A DNA stretch of 64,000 nucleotides from Nanobdellota archaeon (GTDB lineage: Archaea; Nanobdellota; Nanobdellia; Pacearchaeales; GW2011-AR1), in the NCBI GenBank assembly GCA_024654565.1, contig JANLHM010000010.1:1461-65460 (forward strand). Reading direction: 5' to 3'. A program made the position numbers and the translations under genes. Within the stretch, counting starts at the first letter, position 1. Each line of letters begins with the position of its first letter. This document shows, piece by piece, positions 1-9,036 of the stretch. The notes beneath the pieces are model-generated. The model had not been told where the DNA came from. It saw only the letters and a list, made by a program, of their open reading frames with translations, and did no database searches.

Positions 1-275
1 TCATACCCAATCCCTCCAGGGCAAATAATTCCTTTTTTAATGTCAAACGCTGCAACGCCTCCTATGGGAAAACCATAACCGACATGCATATCTGTTAACC
101 CGATAGAGTATTTTAAAATTCCAGGCAATTGAGCTACATTTTTAACCTGATCAAGAGCCTTGTCATCCACAAACAAATCTTCTGAAATAAAAATTCTTCC
201 AGGAACTCTCATTTTTCCAGATTTTGGAAATTCATAGATATTCTTTTTAATTTTCTTTAAATCGTTTTTATCCAT
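1..275 (-). CDS. rtcB: RNA-splicing ligase RtcB, N-terminal part (gene runs off the window start)
   Basis: My own minus-strand translation from the ATG at 275-273 gives MDKNDLKKIKKNIYEFPKSGKMRVPGRIFISEDLF...LTDMHVGYGFPIGGVAAFD...ICPGGIGY. This matches the conserved RtcB N-terminal metal-site region (D-x-H-x-GYG-x-PIGGV). It is absent from the ORF track because it is truncated. Confidence 0.85.
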   Translation of the reverse strand, partial: MDKNDLKKIKKNIYEFPKSGKMRVPGRIFISEDLFVDDKALDQVKNVAQLPGILKYSIGLTDMHVGYGFPIGGVAAFDIKKGIICPGGIGY

Positions 276-449
276 TTTATTTCTTTATTTCATACCTGAA
301 TTTTTCCATAATAAAAAAAAGAAATGAACGTTTAAATAACTAAGTTTCCTTAAGAAAAATAAAATAGGTAAAAATGAACAAATAAAAGGGTTAATTGTTT
401 GGTATTTGTTATTCAGAGAAGACGTAAAAAAATTTTTTCAGAAAATAAA

Positions 450-860
450 CTAAACATCTAAAACAATCTGAATAATCCACTTGTCCTTTACTTTTCTGAT
501 AAACATTTCATTGTATGTCACAGCTTTAATGTGTGAATAAACTTCATAATTTTTTCCCGAGTCACCTGTCGCTTCACAATTTAGTTTGAAACTTTTTTTG
601 TTAATCTTTAACCCCTTAATTTTAGAAAGAAGGAAATCCTTTGAATCAACTAAAAAAAGAAGTTCTTCAAGAAAGTTGTAAAGAAGACTTGAAAGGTCAT
701 TACCTGAAACACTAATTTTTACATTTTTTTTCTCTTTTACTTTGTCTTCACAAATTGAGCTGAAAAGGGCATAAGCTGAATTTTCAAAAGCTTCTTCAAG
801 GGTTTCCCCATATGAACGAAATTTGATGTCAGCCGTGTGGGGGAAAAATTTAAATCTCAT
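450..860 (-). CDS. Archease (RtcB activator)
   Basis: MRFKFFPHTADIKFRSYGETLEEAFENSAYAL is the typical archease N-terminus (HTADI motif). It lies directly upstream of rtcB. I chose the ATG at 860 (M5 of the track ORF), which overlaps the stop of the preceding pilin gene as ATGA. Confidence 0.85.
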   Translation of the reverse strand: MRFKFFPHTADIKFRSYGETLEEAFENSAYALFSSICEDKVKEKKNVKISVSGNDLSSLLYNFLEELLFLVDSKDFLLSKIKGLKINKKSFKLNCEATGDSGKNYEVYSHIKAVTYNEMFIRKVKDKWIIQIVLDV

Positions 861-1297
861 AAAAAGTTGCAAGACACTTTTAATTTTCTTGGAAGGTATT
901 CAGAAGTTCCTGAAAAAATAAAAATTTCAGAAGAATAAACTTCTTTTTCAATGTCCAAAATTGAGCAATCACTTTCAATTTCACATATATTAAGAACACA
1001 AACTTCCCCTGGAAACATTCTTTCATCAAGAGAGGTTTTTAGTTCTTCTGGAAAACCCGGTTCATTAGAATTTGAAGGAAGAGCTACTGAAAGTACTAAG
1101 TCTCTAAGTAAAATGTCTTTTTCGATATTCTTTAGGATTGCAGCATTGTTTTCCCTGATCAAAATTCTCTCTTCATTTGAATACTTATATTGGGTAATTA
1201 TCACCATCAAGAACCCAAGTAAAATCACAATTGCTAAAAATGCTTCAACAATTTTTATCCATCCTTTCTTATTTGTTTTTTTTAATTTTTTTACCAT
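857..1297 (-). CDS. Archaeal type IV pilin-like protein (class III signal peptide)
   Basis: The N-terminus MVKKLKKTNKKG/WIKIVEAFLAIVILLGFLMVII has a basic stretch ending in KG followed by a hydrophobic helix. It sits in the pilus operon. Confidence 0.6.
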   Translation of the reverse strand: MVKKLKKTNKKGWIKIVEAFLAIVILLGFLMVIITQYKYSNEERILIRENNAAILKNIEKDILLRDLVLSVALPSNSNEPGFPEELKTSLDERMFPGEVCVLNICEIESDCSILDIEKEVYSSEIFIFSGTSEYLPRKLKVSCNFL

Positions 1298-1983
1298 ACT
1301 TTTAACATTAGTTTCCCGTTTTTATATCCTGAGTCTATTGAGAGGTATTCAATGTCAACTTCTCTTGAATAAATGTTTACCCCAAAGTCAACCCCATAAT
1401 CTCCAAAAGAAGAACCATTTGAATATTCAAAATATAAATTAAATTCAGAACTGTCTGAAATTCCTAACTTTTCTTTCAAAATTGAGTAATTATTTGAAAA
1501 GTTTAAAAAAAGTTCCTGGATTTTTGGTTCAACAATTGTGTTTTCTTTACTCCAACTGTCCCCAGGAAGGTTTTCACATTCTTCACTCTCAAAGGTGTCA
1601 TCCTCAAAAAAATTAGAGTAATAAACTTTTACAAAACCCCCTCCTTCAACAAAGACATTATTTGGATTTGCCCCTGGGACTTTTGAATTGACTGACCCAT
1701 TATCTCCAACTGCCGCACTTTTCCCTCCCTCGACAATAACGTCATTTGGAATAGTGAGTTTTATACAACTCGCAGAGTCATTTGCATTAACTCTTGAAAC
1801 CCAAAGATCTTGAGAAACTTCTTTTATTAAATTTTTTTCAATTATCAGAAGAGTTCCTCTTTTTGAATCAACATTTGTAATTGATGCACTTGCAATCAAA
1901 TAAACAAACATCAGTGAAACTACGAAGATTATAAACGAAAGTACAAGACTGATGTGAGAACCTTTTTTATTTGTTTTTTTCAT
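1291..1983 (-). CDS. Archaeal type IV pilin-like protein (class III signal peptide)
   Basis: MKKTNKKG/SHISLVLSFIIFVVSLMFVYLIA shares the KKTNKKG pre-cleavage motif with the neighbouring pilin. I prefer the ATG at 1983 over the TTG at 1995. Confidence 0.6.
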   Translation of the reverse strand: MKKTNKKGSHISLVLSFIIFVVSLMFVYLIASASITNVDSKRGTLLIIEKNLIKEVSQDLWVSRVNANDSASCIKLTIPNDVIVEGGKSAAVGDNGSVNSKVPGANPNNVFVEGGGFVKVYYSNFFEDDTFESEECENLPGDSWSKENTIVEPKIQELFLNFSNNYSILKEKLGISDSSEFNLYFEYSNGSSFGDYGVDFGVNIYSREVDIEYLSIDSGYKNGKLMLKVW

Positions 1984-1984
1984 T

Positions 1985-2827
1985 CTAATTTCCAAAAAGC
2001 AAACTTGAAACTGCTGAAATTATGAAAGAAAGGAACATTAGTGTGAAAGAATGTCTTATTCCTGCTTTGAAATTCCCTTCTGAAAGTTTACCGATAGTTA
2101 ACCCTGTAAAAAATCCCTGAACTAGGATTAAATAAAGGAAAGCATTTGAAATTTCAGCCTGGCTGTTTTCAACATTCACCCCCCCAAATGAACCAAATCC
2201 AAGGCTCCCCCCAATGTTTCCAATCCCTGAAACCATTGGAAGAATTTGGAATTGTAAAACAAGAATTATAATTATGAAAACAAGAAAGATTACATATCCC
2301 TGACCAACTAAAGAAGAAATTACCGACCTTCTTTCTTTTTTCAGTTTGTCCGTCATACTAACCGCGTCAGCAACAGCTTCAAGAATGCCTCCAATTTCCC
2401 CCCCTGCTCTTTCTGCCTGTCCAATTAAAGTAAGAGATCTTGATATAGAACGGTTGTTCGCATCTTTTGAAAAAACTTCAAGAGCCATATTAAGAGGAAT
2501 TCCCATTGAAATTTGATTTGCAAGTTTTGCAATGTGGGGGGTCAAAGCCCCATAATTTTTGTCAGACATAAGAAGAATACTCTTACTTATTGGAGTTCCC
2601 GTCTGAACACTTTCAACAAGGTTCCTTGCAAATTCAAGAAACATCTCTTCTTTTTCACGGGAAATTTTACTTTCAGTTATTACTCTTATAACTATTGGAA
2701 GGGCCCCGAGTACAATTCCTAATCCTGCAGCTAATGGAAAGAACCTTTCAGGAAGAAAGAATCTTGCAACTCCTAAAATTAAAATTGCAATAATTATCCC
2801 GATTAAATCTTTATCTTTAAACTCCAT
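1985..2827 (-). CDS. Type II secretion system F-domain platform protein (TadC/FlaJ-like, single T2SSF domain)
   Basis: It has a T2SSF-like core (...MGIPLNMALEVFSKDANNRSISRSLTLIGQAERAGGEIGGILEAVADAV...) flanked by TM helices. It abuts the second platform gene with no gap. Confidence 0.75.
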   Translation of the reverse strand: MEFKDKDLIGIIIAILILGVARFFLPERFFPLAAGLGIVLGALPIVIRVITESKISREKEEMFLEFARNLVESVQTGTPISKSILLMSDKNYGALTPHIAKLANQISMGIPLNMALEVFSKDANNRSISRSLTLIGQAERAGGEIGGILEAVADAVSMTDKLKKERRSVISSLVGQGYVIFLVFIIIILVLQFQILPMVSGIGNIGGSLGFGSFGGVNVENSQAEISNAFLYLILVQGFFTGLTIGKLSEGNFKAGIRHSFTLMFLSFIISAVSSLLFGN

Positions 2828-4144
2828 TTAGTCGTTCCTCTTCATCTGCAAAAATGCAAGAAAGATTATGTTTACTACTGTCACAACTAAAATTATTGTT
2901 AATGAAATTGCTAAAAATCCCATAGTTATGCCTAGACCACTTATCTTCATAATTATTAAGAGAAGCATTAAAATCATGGGGGCTGCAATTAAAAGACTTA
3001 TATAAATATCCATAAAAGTCTCCGCTGTTCTTGAAGACTTCTCCTGGGCAATTCTATAATTAAATAGGAGTGTTTCGGCTCGTTCATCAAAAAAATCCGC
3101 CAAATTTCCCCCAGAGGTAATAGTGGTTGCAAGTCCGTTTAAAAGTTCTGACAAGCGTTTACTTGCACTATTTTTGGAAGTGTTTTTAAGCGCACTCACA
3201 AGGTCATAGCCATAAATATGAATCTCATTTATCATTTTTGTGAATTCTTTTTTGAGAGCAGGATATTCATTTGTTGAAATTAAAATTTCAAATATTTTTG
3301 TTGGACTCATCATCGAACCTGCAATTGCAGCCATACTTATTGTAGCGAAGGGAAGTTCTGAATCAATAGCACTTGCAGTTCCTTCTCTTTCAAGAGAAGG
3401 GTAAACGTACATAAGGAAAAATGTTGAAACGGGTATTGCAATAAGAATCCAGAAAATTTTCATAAAACGAACATCAATTGATTCGGCCACTCTTGAAATT
3501 ATGGGGTAAGCTGCACTAAAATTGAAAAATAAAAAAAAGAAAAATATAAACCCTGCAACAAAAATTGAAAGAAAGGTAGTCATAAGAATTATTGAAACAT
3601 ACCCTGCCGGAGTGTAATTAAGATTTGCTTTAATCAATTGATCCTGCATTTTTGCAAAAGATTCATTTGATAAAAGTTTAAGTGAGAACTTAGAAAAAAA
3701 TCGGCTCGAGATTTTAGTGTAATATGAAGAATCTCTTACTTTTTCCTTTTGCGCTTCATTTTCTTTTTCCTTTTGTCTTTTCTTCATCCTTTTAACAGTT
3801 TCATTCTCAAGTTCATTTGGAAGAATCTCCTTCAGGGCAAAAATTCTTCCGCCCTTGGTCATAAGTTTTTCTTCAACTTCAGGTCTTTCAAAAGAACCGG
3901 AAAGCTCTTTTTCAAGTTCATTTGGATCAAGAAGTTTTGAAAAAACAATTCTGTTTAACAAAACTTTAAAGTCCAAAAGAGAAGTAGAAAGTTTTTTTTC
4001 AAGACTTTTCATCTGAGATTCAAAAATCCTTTTTTGGGAATCATTTTCAGACCTTTCACTGAATTTTGAAGTCTTTTCAATTTCATTAAAAATGATTTTT
4101 AGTACACCAAGTGATTCCCTTGTGTCTTTGTACTCTTTAATCAT
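2828..4144 (-). CDS. T2SSF-domain platform protein (TadB/FlaJ-like) with a long coiled-coil N-terminal extension
   Basis: T2SSF-like core: YGYDLVSALKNTSKNSASKRLSELLNGLATTITSGGNLADFFDERAETLL, with TM helices. The first ~190 aa are K/E-rich and soluble. Confidence 0.75.
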   Translation of the reverse strand: MIKEYKDTRESLGVLKIIFNEIEKTSKFSERSENDSQKRIFESQMKSLEKKLSTSLLDFKVLLNRIVFSKLLDPNELEKELSGSFERPEVEEKLMTKGGRIFALKEILPNELENETVKRMKKRQKEKENEAQKEKVRDSSYYTKISSRFFSKFSLKLLSNESFAKMQDQLIKANLNYTPAGYVSIILMTTFLSIFVAGFIFFFFLFFNFSAAYPIISRVAESIDVRFMKIFWILIAIPVSTFFLMYVYPSLEREGTASAIDSELPFATISMAAIAGSMMSPTKIFEILISTNEYPALKKEFTKMINEIHIYGYDLVSALKNTSKNSASKRLSELLNGLATTITSGGNLADFFDERAETLLFNYRIAQEKSSRTAETFMDIYISLLIAAPMILMLLLIIMKISGLGITMGFLAISLTIILVVTVVNIIFLAFLQMKRND

Positions 4145-4370
4145 TTTTTTGTTTCTCCTTCACTTCTTTCTTTTTATCTTTTTTGTCCTTAAGAGAACTT
4201 TCAACAGGAGTAAGAAATCCATTTATTTTTAAAATAAGGTCATTTGAATCTTTTTTTAATTCATTAAATTTTTCTTCATCACCAGATTTCATAACTTTTT
4301 TAATTTCTTCCATATTTCTCTCTAAAGACTCTATCCACTTTTTAACAGAACTTATTTTTTCTCCTTCCAT
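4137..4370 (-). CDS. Small K/E-rich coiled-coil protein, unknown function
   Basis: 77-aa ORF in the operon. It overlaps the downstream platform gene by 8 nt. No recognisable motif. Confidence 0.4.
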   Translation of the reverse strand: MEGEKISSVKKWIESLERNMEEIKKVMKSGDEEKFNELKKDSNDLILKINGFLTPVESSLKDKKDKKKEVKEKQKND

Positions 4371-4473
4371 ACTTAACCCCTTTTATCAAATATTAAAGGG
4401 AAAAATAAGTTATTAAATATTTCCTTAAATATTTTAGGAAAATAATCACAAAAAAAGTAAAGAAAAAAAGAAA

Positions 4474-6027
4474 TTACTCTACACCAAACTTTGCAAGAAC
4501 TATTTCAGGTCTTTTATAATATTCATTTATTACATCCTGAACCTCTTTAAATCCAAATATTTTCCTCTGATACATTTTGTAAAGAAGTTCTGCTCTCTTT
4601 CTAAATTCAATAGAGAGGTCTTCAGGAGGAACTCCATATCTGTGAAAAATCTTCTGAAACAATCGACTTTCTTTCTTGAAATAAAATTTGTCTTCCGAAG
4701 AGTCCCATACAAAAGGGGTATTTGTAAGAGCAACATCATTCTCATTTATGTTCACAATCTCAACAATTTCCCTTAATTTCCTTGTTTCCTGATTGTTTAC
4801 AATTGCATGAGTCATAACAATTATACTGTCAAGAACATTAAGTAACGTCGGAGAAAGTTCAATTGGAGGAGTTTCGAGTCTTTTTATAACTGTTTCGATT
4901 GAATCTGCATGTATTGTTGCAATTGAAGAGTGCCCTGAAGCCATACCCTGGAAAAGAACTGAAGCCTCTTTTCCCCTTACTTCACCCACAATAACGTAAT
5001 CAGGGTTCTGTCTAAATGATGCTCTCAAAAGGTCATACATATCAATTTCACCCAGACCCTTTACTCCAGTTGCAGAACGTGCAACACTTGGAAGCCAGTT
5101 TTCACGAGGGAGATTCAACTCTCTTGTGTCTTCAATTGAAACAACTCTCGATTCTGGAGGGATAAAGAAGGCAATAGCATTAAGAAGGGTTGTCTTACCA
5201 GATGCTGTTCCTCCTACGATCAAAAGGTTCATCTTATACTGAACTAAAAGCCAAAGGTAAGCTAACATTTCTGGACTTAAAGTATTAAATGATATCAGTT
5301 GTGGTGGAGTCCATGGAGTTTTTGTAAATTTACGAATTGTAAAAGTTGGACCCTTACTTGTAACGTCTTTAGTATATGTCGCGTTTACCCTTGAGCCGTC
5401 AGGAAGACTCCCGTCAAGAATCGGCTGTGCATATGAAATATATTTTCCACATCTTTGAGCAAGTTTTTCAACAAAACTTTCAAGAGGATCATTTTTTCTA
5501 AAAATTAAGTTTGTTTTAAGATTCCTGAAAATTCTGTGAACAATGTAAATTGGACTGTTCGCACCATTACATTCAATGTCTTCAACAAAGTAATCACGTA
5601 AAAGGGGCTCAACTTCATTAAAACCGATAAAGTCTCTTGCAAGGTAATAGTAAATTTTCTTATAGCTTTCGTAAGAAAGTTCAATTCCAAGTTCTATTGC
5701 AATAAGTTTGAATCTTCTGTCAATATATTCAAAGATTGTTTCTGTTTTTCCTTCAATCACTTCCTTGAAGTTTATCATGTTCCTCATCGCTTTAACAATT
5801 TTTTCTTTCGCAGTGTCTTCCTCTTTAGTCAAAATGGGTTCCTCAATTTCATAAACTACCCCATATTCCTTGGGATCCCAATAAATGTGAACATATGTAA
5901 ATGGAGAAATGAGGCAATACCTAACATCAATTTTTGACTTATCTTTTATTTTTTTAATTGGAGGAATTCTCGGAGTAAAGTCTATCGCAACAAGTGGATA
6001 CTCTAAAATCCCTAATTTTTTTGCCAT
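4474..6027 (-). CDS. Type IV pilus/archaellum-type assembly ATPase (FlaI/PilB/VirB11 superfamily)
   Basis: Walker A GGTASGKTT, followed by SIEDTRELNL and VIVGEVRGKEA (Asp/His-box region). I start at MAKKLGILEYP (ATG 6027), one nt after the upstream pilin stop. The track's 6195 start would overlap that pilin by 167 nt. Confidence 0.9.
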   Translation of the reverse strand: MAKKLGILEYPLVAIDFTPRIPPIKKIKDKSKIDVRYCLISPFTYVHIYWDPKEYGVVYEIEEPILTKEEDTAKEKIVKAMRNMINFKEVIEGKTETIFEYIDRRFKLIAIELGIELSYESYKKIYYYLARDFIGFNEVEPLLRDYFVEDIECNGANSPIYIVHRIFRNLKTNLIFRKNDPLESFVEKLAQRCGKYISYAQPILDGSLPDGSRVNATYTKDVTSKGPTFTIRKFTKTPWTPPQLISFNTLSPEMLAYLWLLVQYKMNLLIVGGTASGKTTLLNAIAFFIPPESRVVSIEDTRELNLPRENWLPSVARSATGVKGLGEIDMYDLLRASFRQNPDYVIVGEVRGKEASVLFQGMASGHSSIATIHADSIETVIKRLETPPIELSPTLLNVLDSIIVMTHAIVNNQETRKLREIVEIVNINENDVALTNTPFVWDSSEDKFYFKKESRLFQKIFHRYGVPPEDLSIEFRKRAELLYKMYQRKIFGFKEVQDVINEYYKRPEIVLAKFGVE

Positions 6028-6028
6028 T

Positions 6029-6544
6029 TTATTGAATGGAGAAGTCAATTGCCTGACTTGCCCCCCCTTTATTTGAGATAAAAAGTCTATAAGGAGTTGG
6101 ACTTCCACCAAAAACTTTCGAAGAATCTGAGTCCGAGTATGTAAGATTAAAATTTGAATATTCTTTTTCAATTGTGATTTTATAAACTGGCCCATTTTGG
6201 GTTGTTTTTATATCAAAAGAACTCTCACTATAATTCTGATTGATTTCACTATATTGGTAGTTTCCTTCAAATTCAAAAATTAATGAATCGTTAACTGTAT
6301 TAATTTTAAGTTCACCTTTTTTTATTAAAACTTCAACAATTCTTTTATTTCCAACACCCTCTTCATAAACTTCATTCACCACAGAATCAAGTTGTCTCAT
6401 AACATTTAAAGATTGTTCTATTAAAGCTTTATCCTGTAACTCTTCAATTTTTGGCATCACAAATGTTAGAATTAGCCCTATTAACACAAAAGCGACGAGC
6501 GTATAAGTAACAGTCTCTACCCAAACCTGACCTTTTTTGTTCAT
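6029..6544 (-). CDS. Archaeal type IV pilin-like protein
   Basis: MNKKG/QVWVETVTYTLVAFVLIGLILTFV is a class III signal peptide-like N-terminus. Confidence 0.65.
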   Translation of the reverse strand: MNKKGQVWVETVTYTLVAFVLIGLILTFVMPKIEELQDKALIEQSLNVMRQLDSVVNEVYEEGVGNKRIVEVLIKKGELKINTVNDSLIFEFEGNYQYSEINQNYSESSFDIKTTQNGPVYKITIEKEYSNFNLTYSDSDSSKVFGGSPTPYRLFISNKGGASQAIDFSIQ

Positions 6545-6648
6545 AAATTATACACCTCTACAGTTGTAATAAAAGAAAATTTAAATTTAAATATTTAATG
6601 TTTACATCTTTTCTAGAAAAATAAGAAAAAACAAAAAAGCATAAATTG

Positions 6649-7182
6649 TTAAGAGGAAGTTCCTCCACTTTGAACAAAGTTTTGATTGTTCGAATCATAC
6701 TTAATAAGGTAGTAAAAATTTTGCCCAGGATAAAAAATTAGGGGGTAACTTGTCCCGTCAAGAGTTAAAACAGCAGTGTCTGTTCCTGAAAGGGAATATT
6801 CATTCTGAAATGTTCCAGTGTCTGTGACAACACTGTTTCCATCCCCCACATTAATTAATAGGGTAGTCCCATTTTTTTTATAACCTTTAAGAACAAGTGA
6901 AACATCTTTGCCAAAAAGAAAAAACGACTCTTTTCCCGGGGAAAACCTTTCGATATAAGAATTTGAAACATTAATTAAAATAGTTTTTTCTTCTTCATCC
7001 AAAAGTTCTTCTCTTGAAAAGTAATCGAGTAAGTAAGAAAGTTCCGTATTCAATTCTTCTCCTTCAGTTAAGTATACGGGTTGCCCCGTATAAGTTGCTT
7101 TATTTGAAATGGTAACAACTGAAATAAAAACTGCTGCAAAAATTATCGCAGCCAAAAAATAAAATTGAGCTTTTTTATTCAT
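6649..7182 (-). CDS. Archaeal type IV pilin-like protein
   Basis: MNKKA/QFYFLAAIIFAAVFISVV. I prefer the start at ATG 7182 (M13 of the track ORF). Confidence 0.55.
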   Translation of the reverse strand: MNKKAQFYFLAAIIFAAVFISVVTISNKATYTGQPVYLTEGEELNTELSYLLDYFSREELLDEEEKTILINVSNSYIERFSPGKESFFLFGKDVSLVLKGYKKNGTTLLINVGDGNSVVTDTGTFQNEYSLSGTDTAVLTLDGTSYPLIFYPGQNFYYLIKYDSNNQNFVQSGGTSS

Positions 7183-7233
7183 AAACATTACCCTCTCAAA
7201 AATAAAAAGCAAATTCAAATTTAAATAATTAAT

Positions 7234-7496
7234 GTAGGCAGGGTAATTGGCTCAAAATTATTAAAAAGAGCTACCTTCAACCTTTCTCGACTTTGCAACC
7301 CGCTAAGCACCCAAACAAATGATTAGGGCTGCTTGGTTCCCCACCTGACCCGGTTCACAAATGTAGGATCAAAGCGGACAAAGTGTCAACAAAAGACTAA
7401 AGACTCGATTCTTAATCCTTTATCACTAATTGCCCGTCGTCTGCCATAAAGCCCGTTTGCATAAAGGAAAGGGGCTAACTTCCCGACCAAGCCTAC
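7234..7496 (-). ncRNA. Signal recognition particle RNA (7S/SRP RNA)
   Basis: GC-rich island with no ORF. The minus strand reads GGGUCAGGUGGGGAACCAAGCAGCCC, the helix-8 motif (conserved CAGG...GGAA tetraloop...AGCAGC). Relative to E. coli UCC-GGAA-GGA it has the compensatory UGG-GGAA-CCA. The termini pair: 5' GUAGGC with 3' GCCUAC. Ends are approximate. Confidence 0.85.
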
Positions 7497-7589
7497 AAAA
7501 ATAAGGTGAATTGGGAATATATAAACTTATTTATCTTGATTATTTCAAATTTTTAAGAAAAGTTCTGGAAAAGAACTGAGAGGAAAATT

Positions 7590-8084
7590 TCAAGTTCTTT
7601 TGATTACATTTTTTTTCTTTTGAATTTTTGAAACTTTTTCAAGAAGTCCATCTCCGTCCTCGTCTAAAAACCTCATATCCAGGACACCGTCCTTATCTTC
7701 GTCAGATATAACTATAGAAGCTAAGGAATCCGTTTTCGGGATCCCTTCTTCAAAATTGTAATCAGTCATCCTAAAAAGTGCTATTTTGTCCATTTCATCG
7801 TCGTCATTAAAGTCATATAATGCCTCAACATACCACCTCTCCCCTTTACCCAAATCTACTTTCTTTTCATCCCATGTCATCAAGTATCTAAATGAGAGAT
7901 TTTTAGAAAAAGTTCCATTTTTTTTAAGTCCAAAGTGAGGGGGATATTGGTAAATTAAAGTTGAATCTTGTTTTGAATCGTCTTTAAGGAGGATTCTCTT
8001 TTCTAAAGAAAACAATTCAGAGGAAAGATTTTGTTTCTGAGGAAATAAAAGAAAAATCATTGGAACTAAATAGGACCATTTCAT
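7590..8084 (-). CDS. Secreted protein with acidic DxDxDG-type (calcium-binding-like) repeats
   Basis: Signal-like N-terminus MKWSYLVPMIFLLFPQ. C-terminal DEDKDGVLD and DEDGDGLLE motifs. Function unknown. Confidence 0.45.
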   Translation of the reverse strand: MKWSYLVPMIFLLFPQKQNLSSELFSLEKRILLKDDSKQDSTLIYQYPPHFGLKKNGTFSKNLSFRYLMTWDEKKVDLGKGERWYVEALYDFNDDDEMDKIALFRMTDYNFEEGIPKTDSLASIVISDEDKDGVLDMRFLDEDGDGLLEKVSKIQKKKNVIKRT

Positions 8085-8203
8085 CTCTAGAAAAAAAGTC
8101 CCAAAGTTAATAAACATTATTGTTGTTTATTGAAAGCAAAAAGGAGTATTTCCTCAAAATAAATTTATCTTAAAAAGATTTTCCCTAAATTAATTAAAAT
8201 AAA

Positions 8204-8980
8204 TCAATAGCTACTCCAAAGAACAAGTTTTCCTTCACTATCCCTTAAAAAAAGAGTGTCCCCGGTTTTAGTCCAAACATAAGTTTCACCAGTCCAAAAA
8301 AGAACTTTTTGTGTGTTAACCCCTTCTCCAGACTTAACCTCGACCTGTGAAAAAGATTCAAAAATAAAGTTTTCAAAAATAAAGTTTTTCCTTCCTTCAT
8401 CCTTTATTTTCCATCCCGAGAGGTCACAACTAAAAGAACATTTGTTATAAAAGACTGCTTTGTCACCCTTATAACTTAATTCTTTAAGTTCAATACATAA
8501 CGCACAAGGATTGTTTGACATTTCGCATAGATTAGTCTTTTTATCTAAACAATTTTCCCATGCCTGTTTAAATTCAGAATAATAAACGTCTTTCCCTGAA
8601 GGAAAATAAAAGTTAGAATATCCGTTTAACACAATTCCCAAATTAACATTTTCAGTTCCTAAAAAGAGGTAAGAAAGTTTTCTTCCATATAAATCAAACT
8701 TTTCTTTCCCATATTCAAGCCTAACCGTTTTATTCAAAACTTTACTTTCAAGGTATTCAGTTGCTTCTTTAGAATATTTTTCTCCCTTCTCAGGCGAATT
8801 TATTCCCAGAAGTCTAACTGAAGTTCCATTTATGACAACTGTGTCTCCGTCTATTACTCTTTCAACTAATCCATATTCAGAGTTGTCAAAAAGATTAATT
8901 AAAGCTGAATCAAGAAAGGAATAATTTAGGGCTAACAACATAAGAACAAGAATTAAAAGAAAAGTTTTCTCCCTATCCAT
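8204..8980 (-). CDS. Secreted/membrane-anchored thermonuclease (SNase-like) fused to a lamin-tail-domain-like C-terminus
   Basis: N-terminal TM/signal segment. SNase core: VIDGDTVVINGTSVRLLGINSPEKGEKYSKEA...DLYGRKLSYLF. The C-terminus (CDLSGWKIKDEGRKNFIF...TGDTLFLRDSEGKLVLW) resembles the LTD fold signature. Confidence 0.8.
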   Translation of the reverse strand: MDREKTFLLILVLMLLALNYSFLDSALINLFDNSEYGLVERVIDGDTVVINGTSVRLLGINSPEKGEKYSKEATEYLESKVLNKTVRLEYGKEKFDLYGRKLSYLFLGTENVNLGIVLNGYSNFYFPSGKDVYYSEFKQAWENCLDKKTNLCEMSNNPCALCIELKELSYKGDKAVFYNKCSFSCDLSGWKIKDEGRKNFIFENFIFESFSQVEVKSGEGVNTQKVLFWTGETYVWTKTGDTLFLRDSEGKLVLWSSY

Positions 8981-9036
8981 CCAAATAAATAAACACTCAA
9001 TTTTATAATATTTATTGAAATTAAATATACACTAAA

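Noticed and set aside
4374-4473. The direct repeat TTAAATATTT x2 between the ATPase gene and the 77-aa ORF
   Set aside because: These are AT-rich promoter-like sequences that are common in this genome. I do not consider them distinguishable from background.
6028-6195. The N-terminal 56-aa extension of the pilus ATPase ORF (track start 6195)
   Set aside because: It would overlap the upstream pilin gene by 167 nt. The extension is low-complexity, and MAKKLG at 6027 starts 1 nt after the pilin stop.
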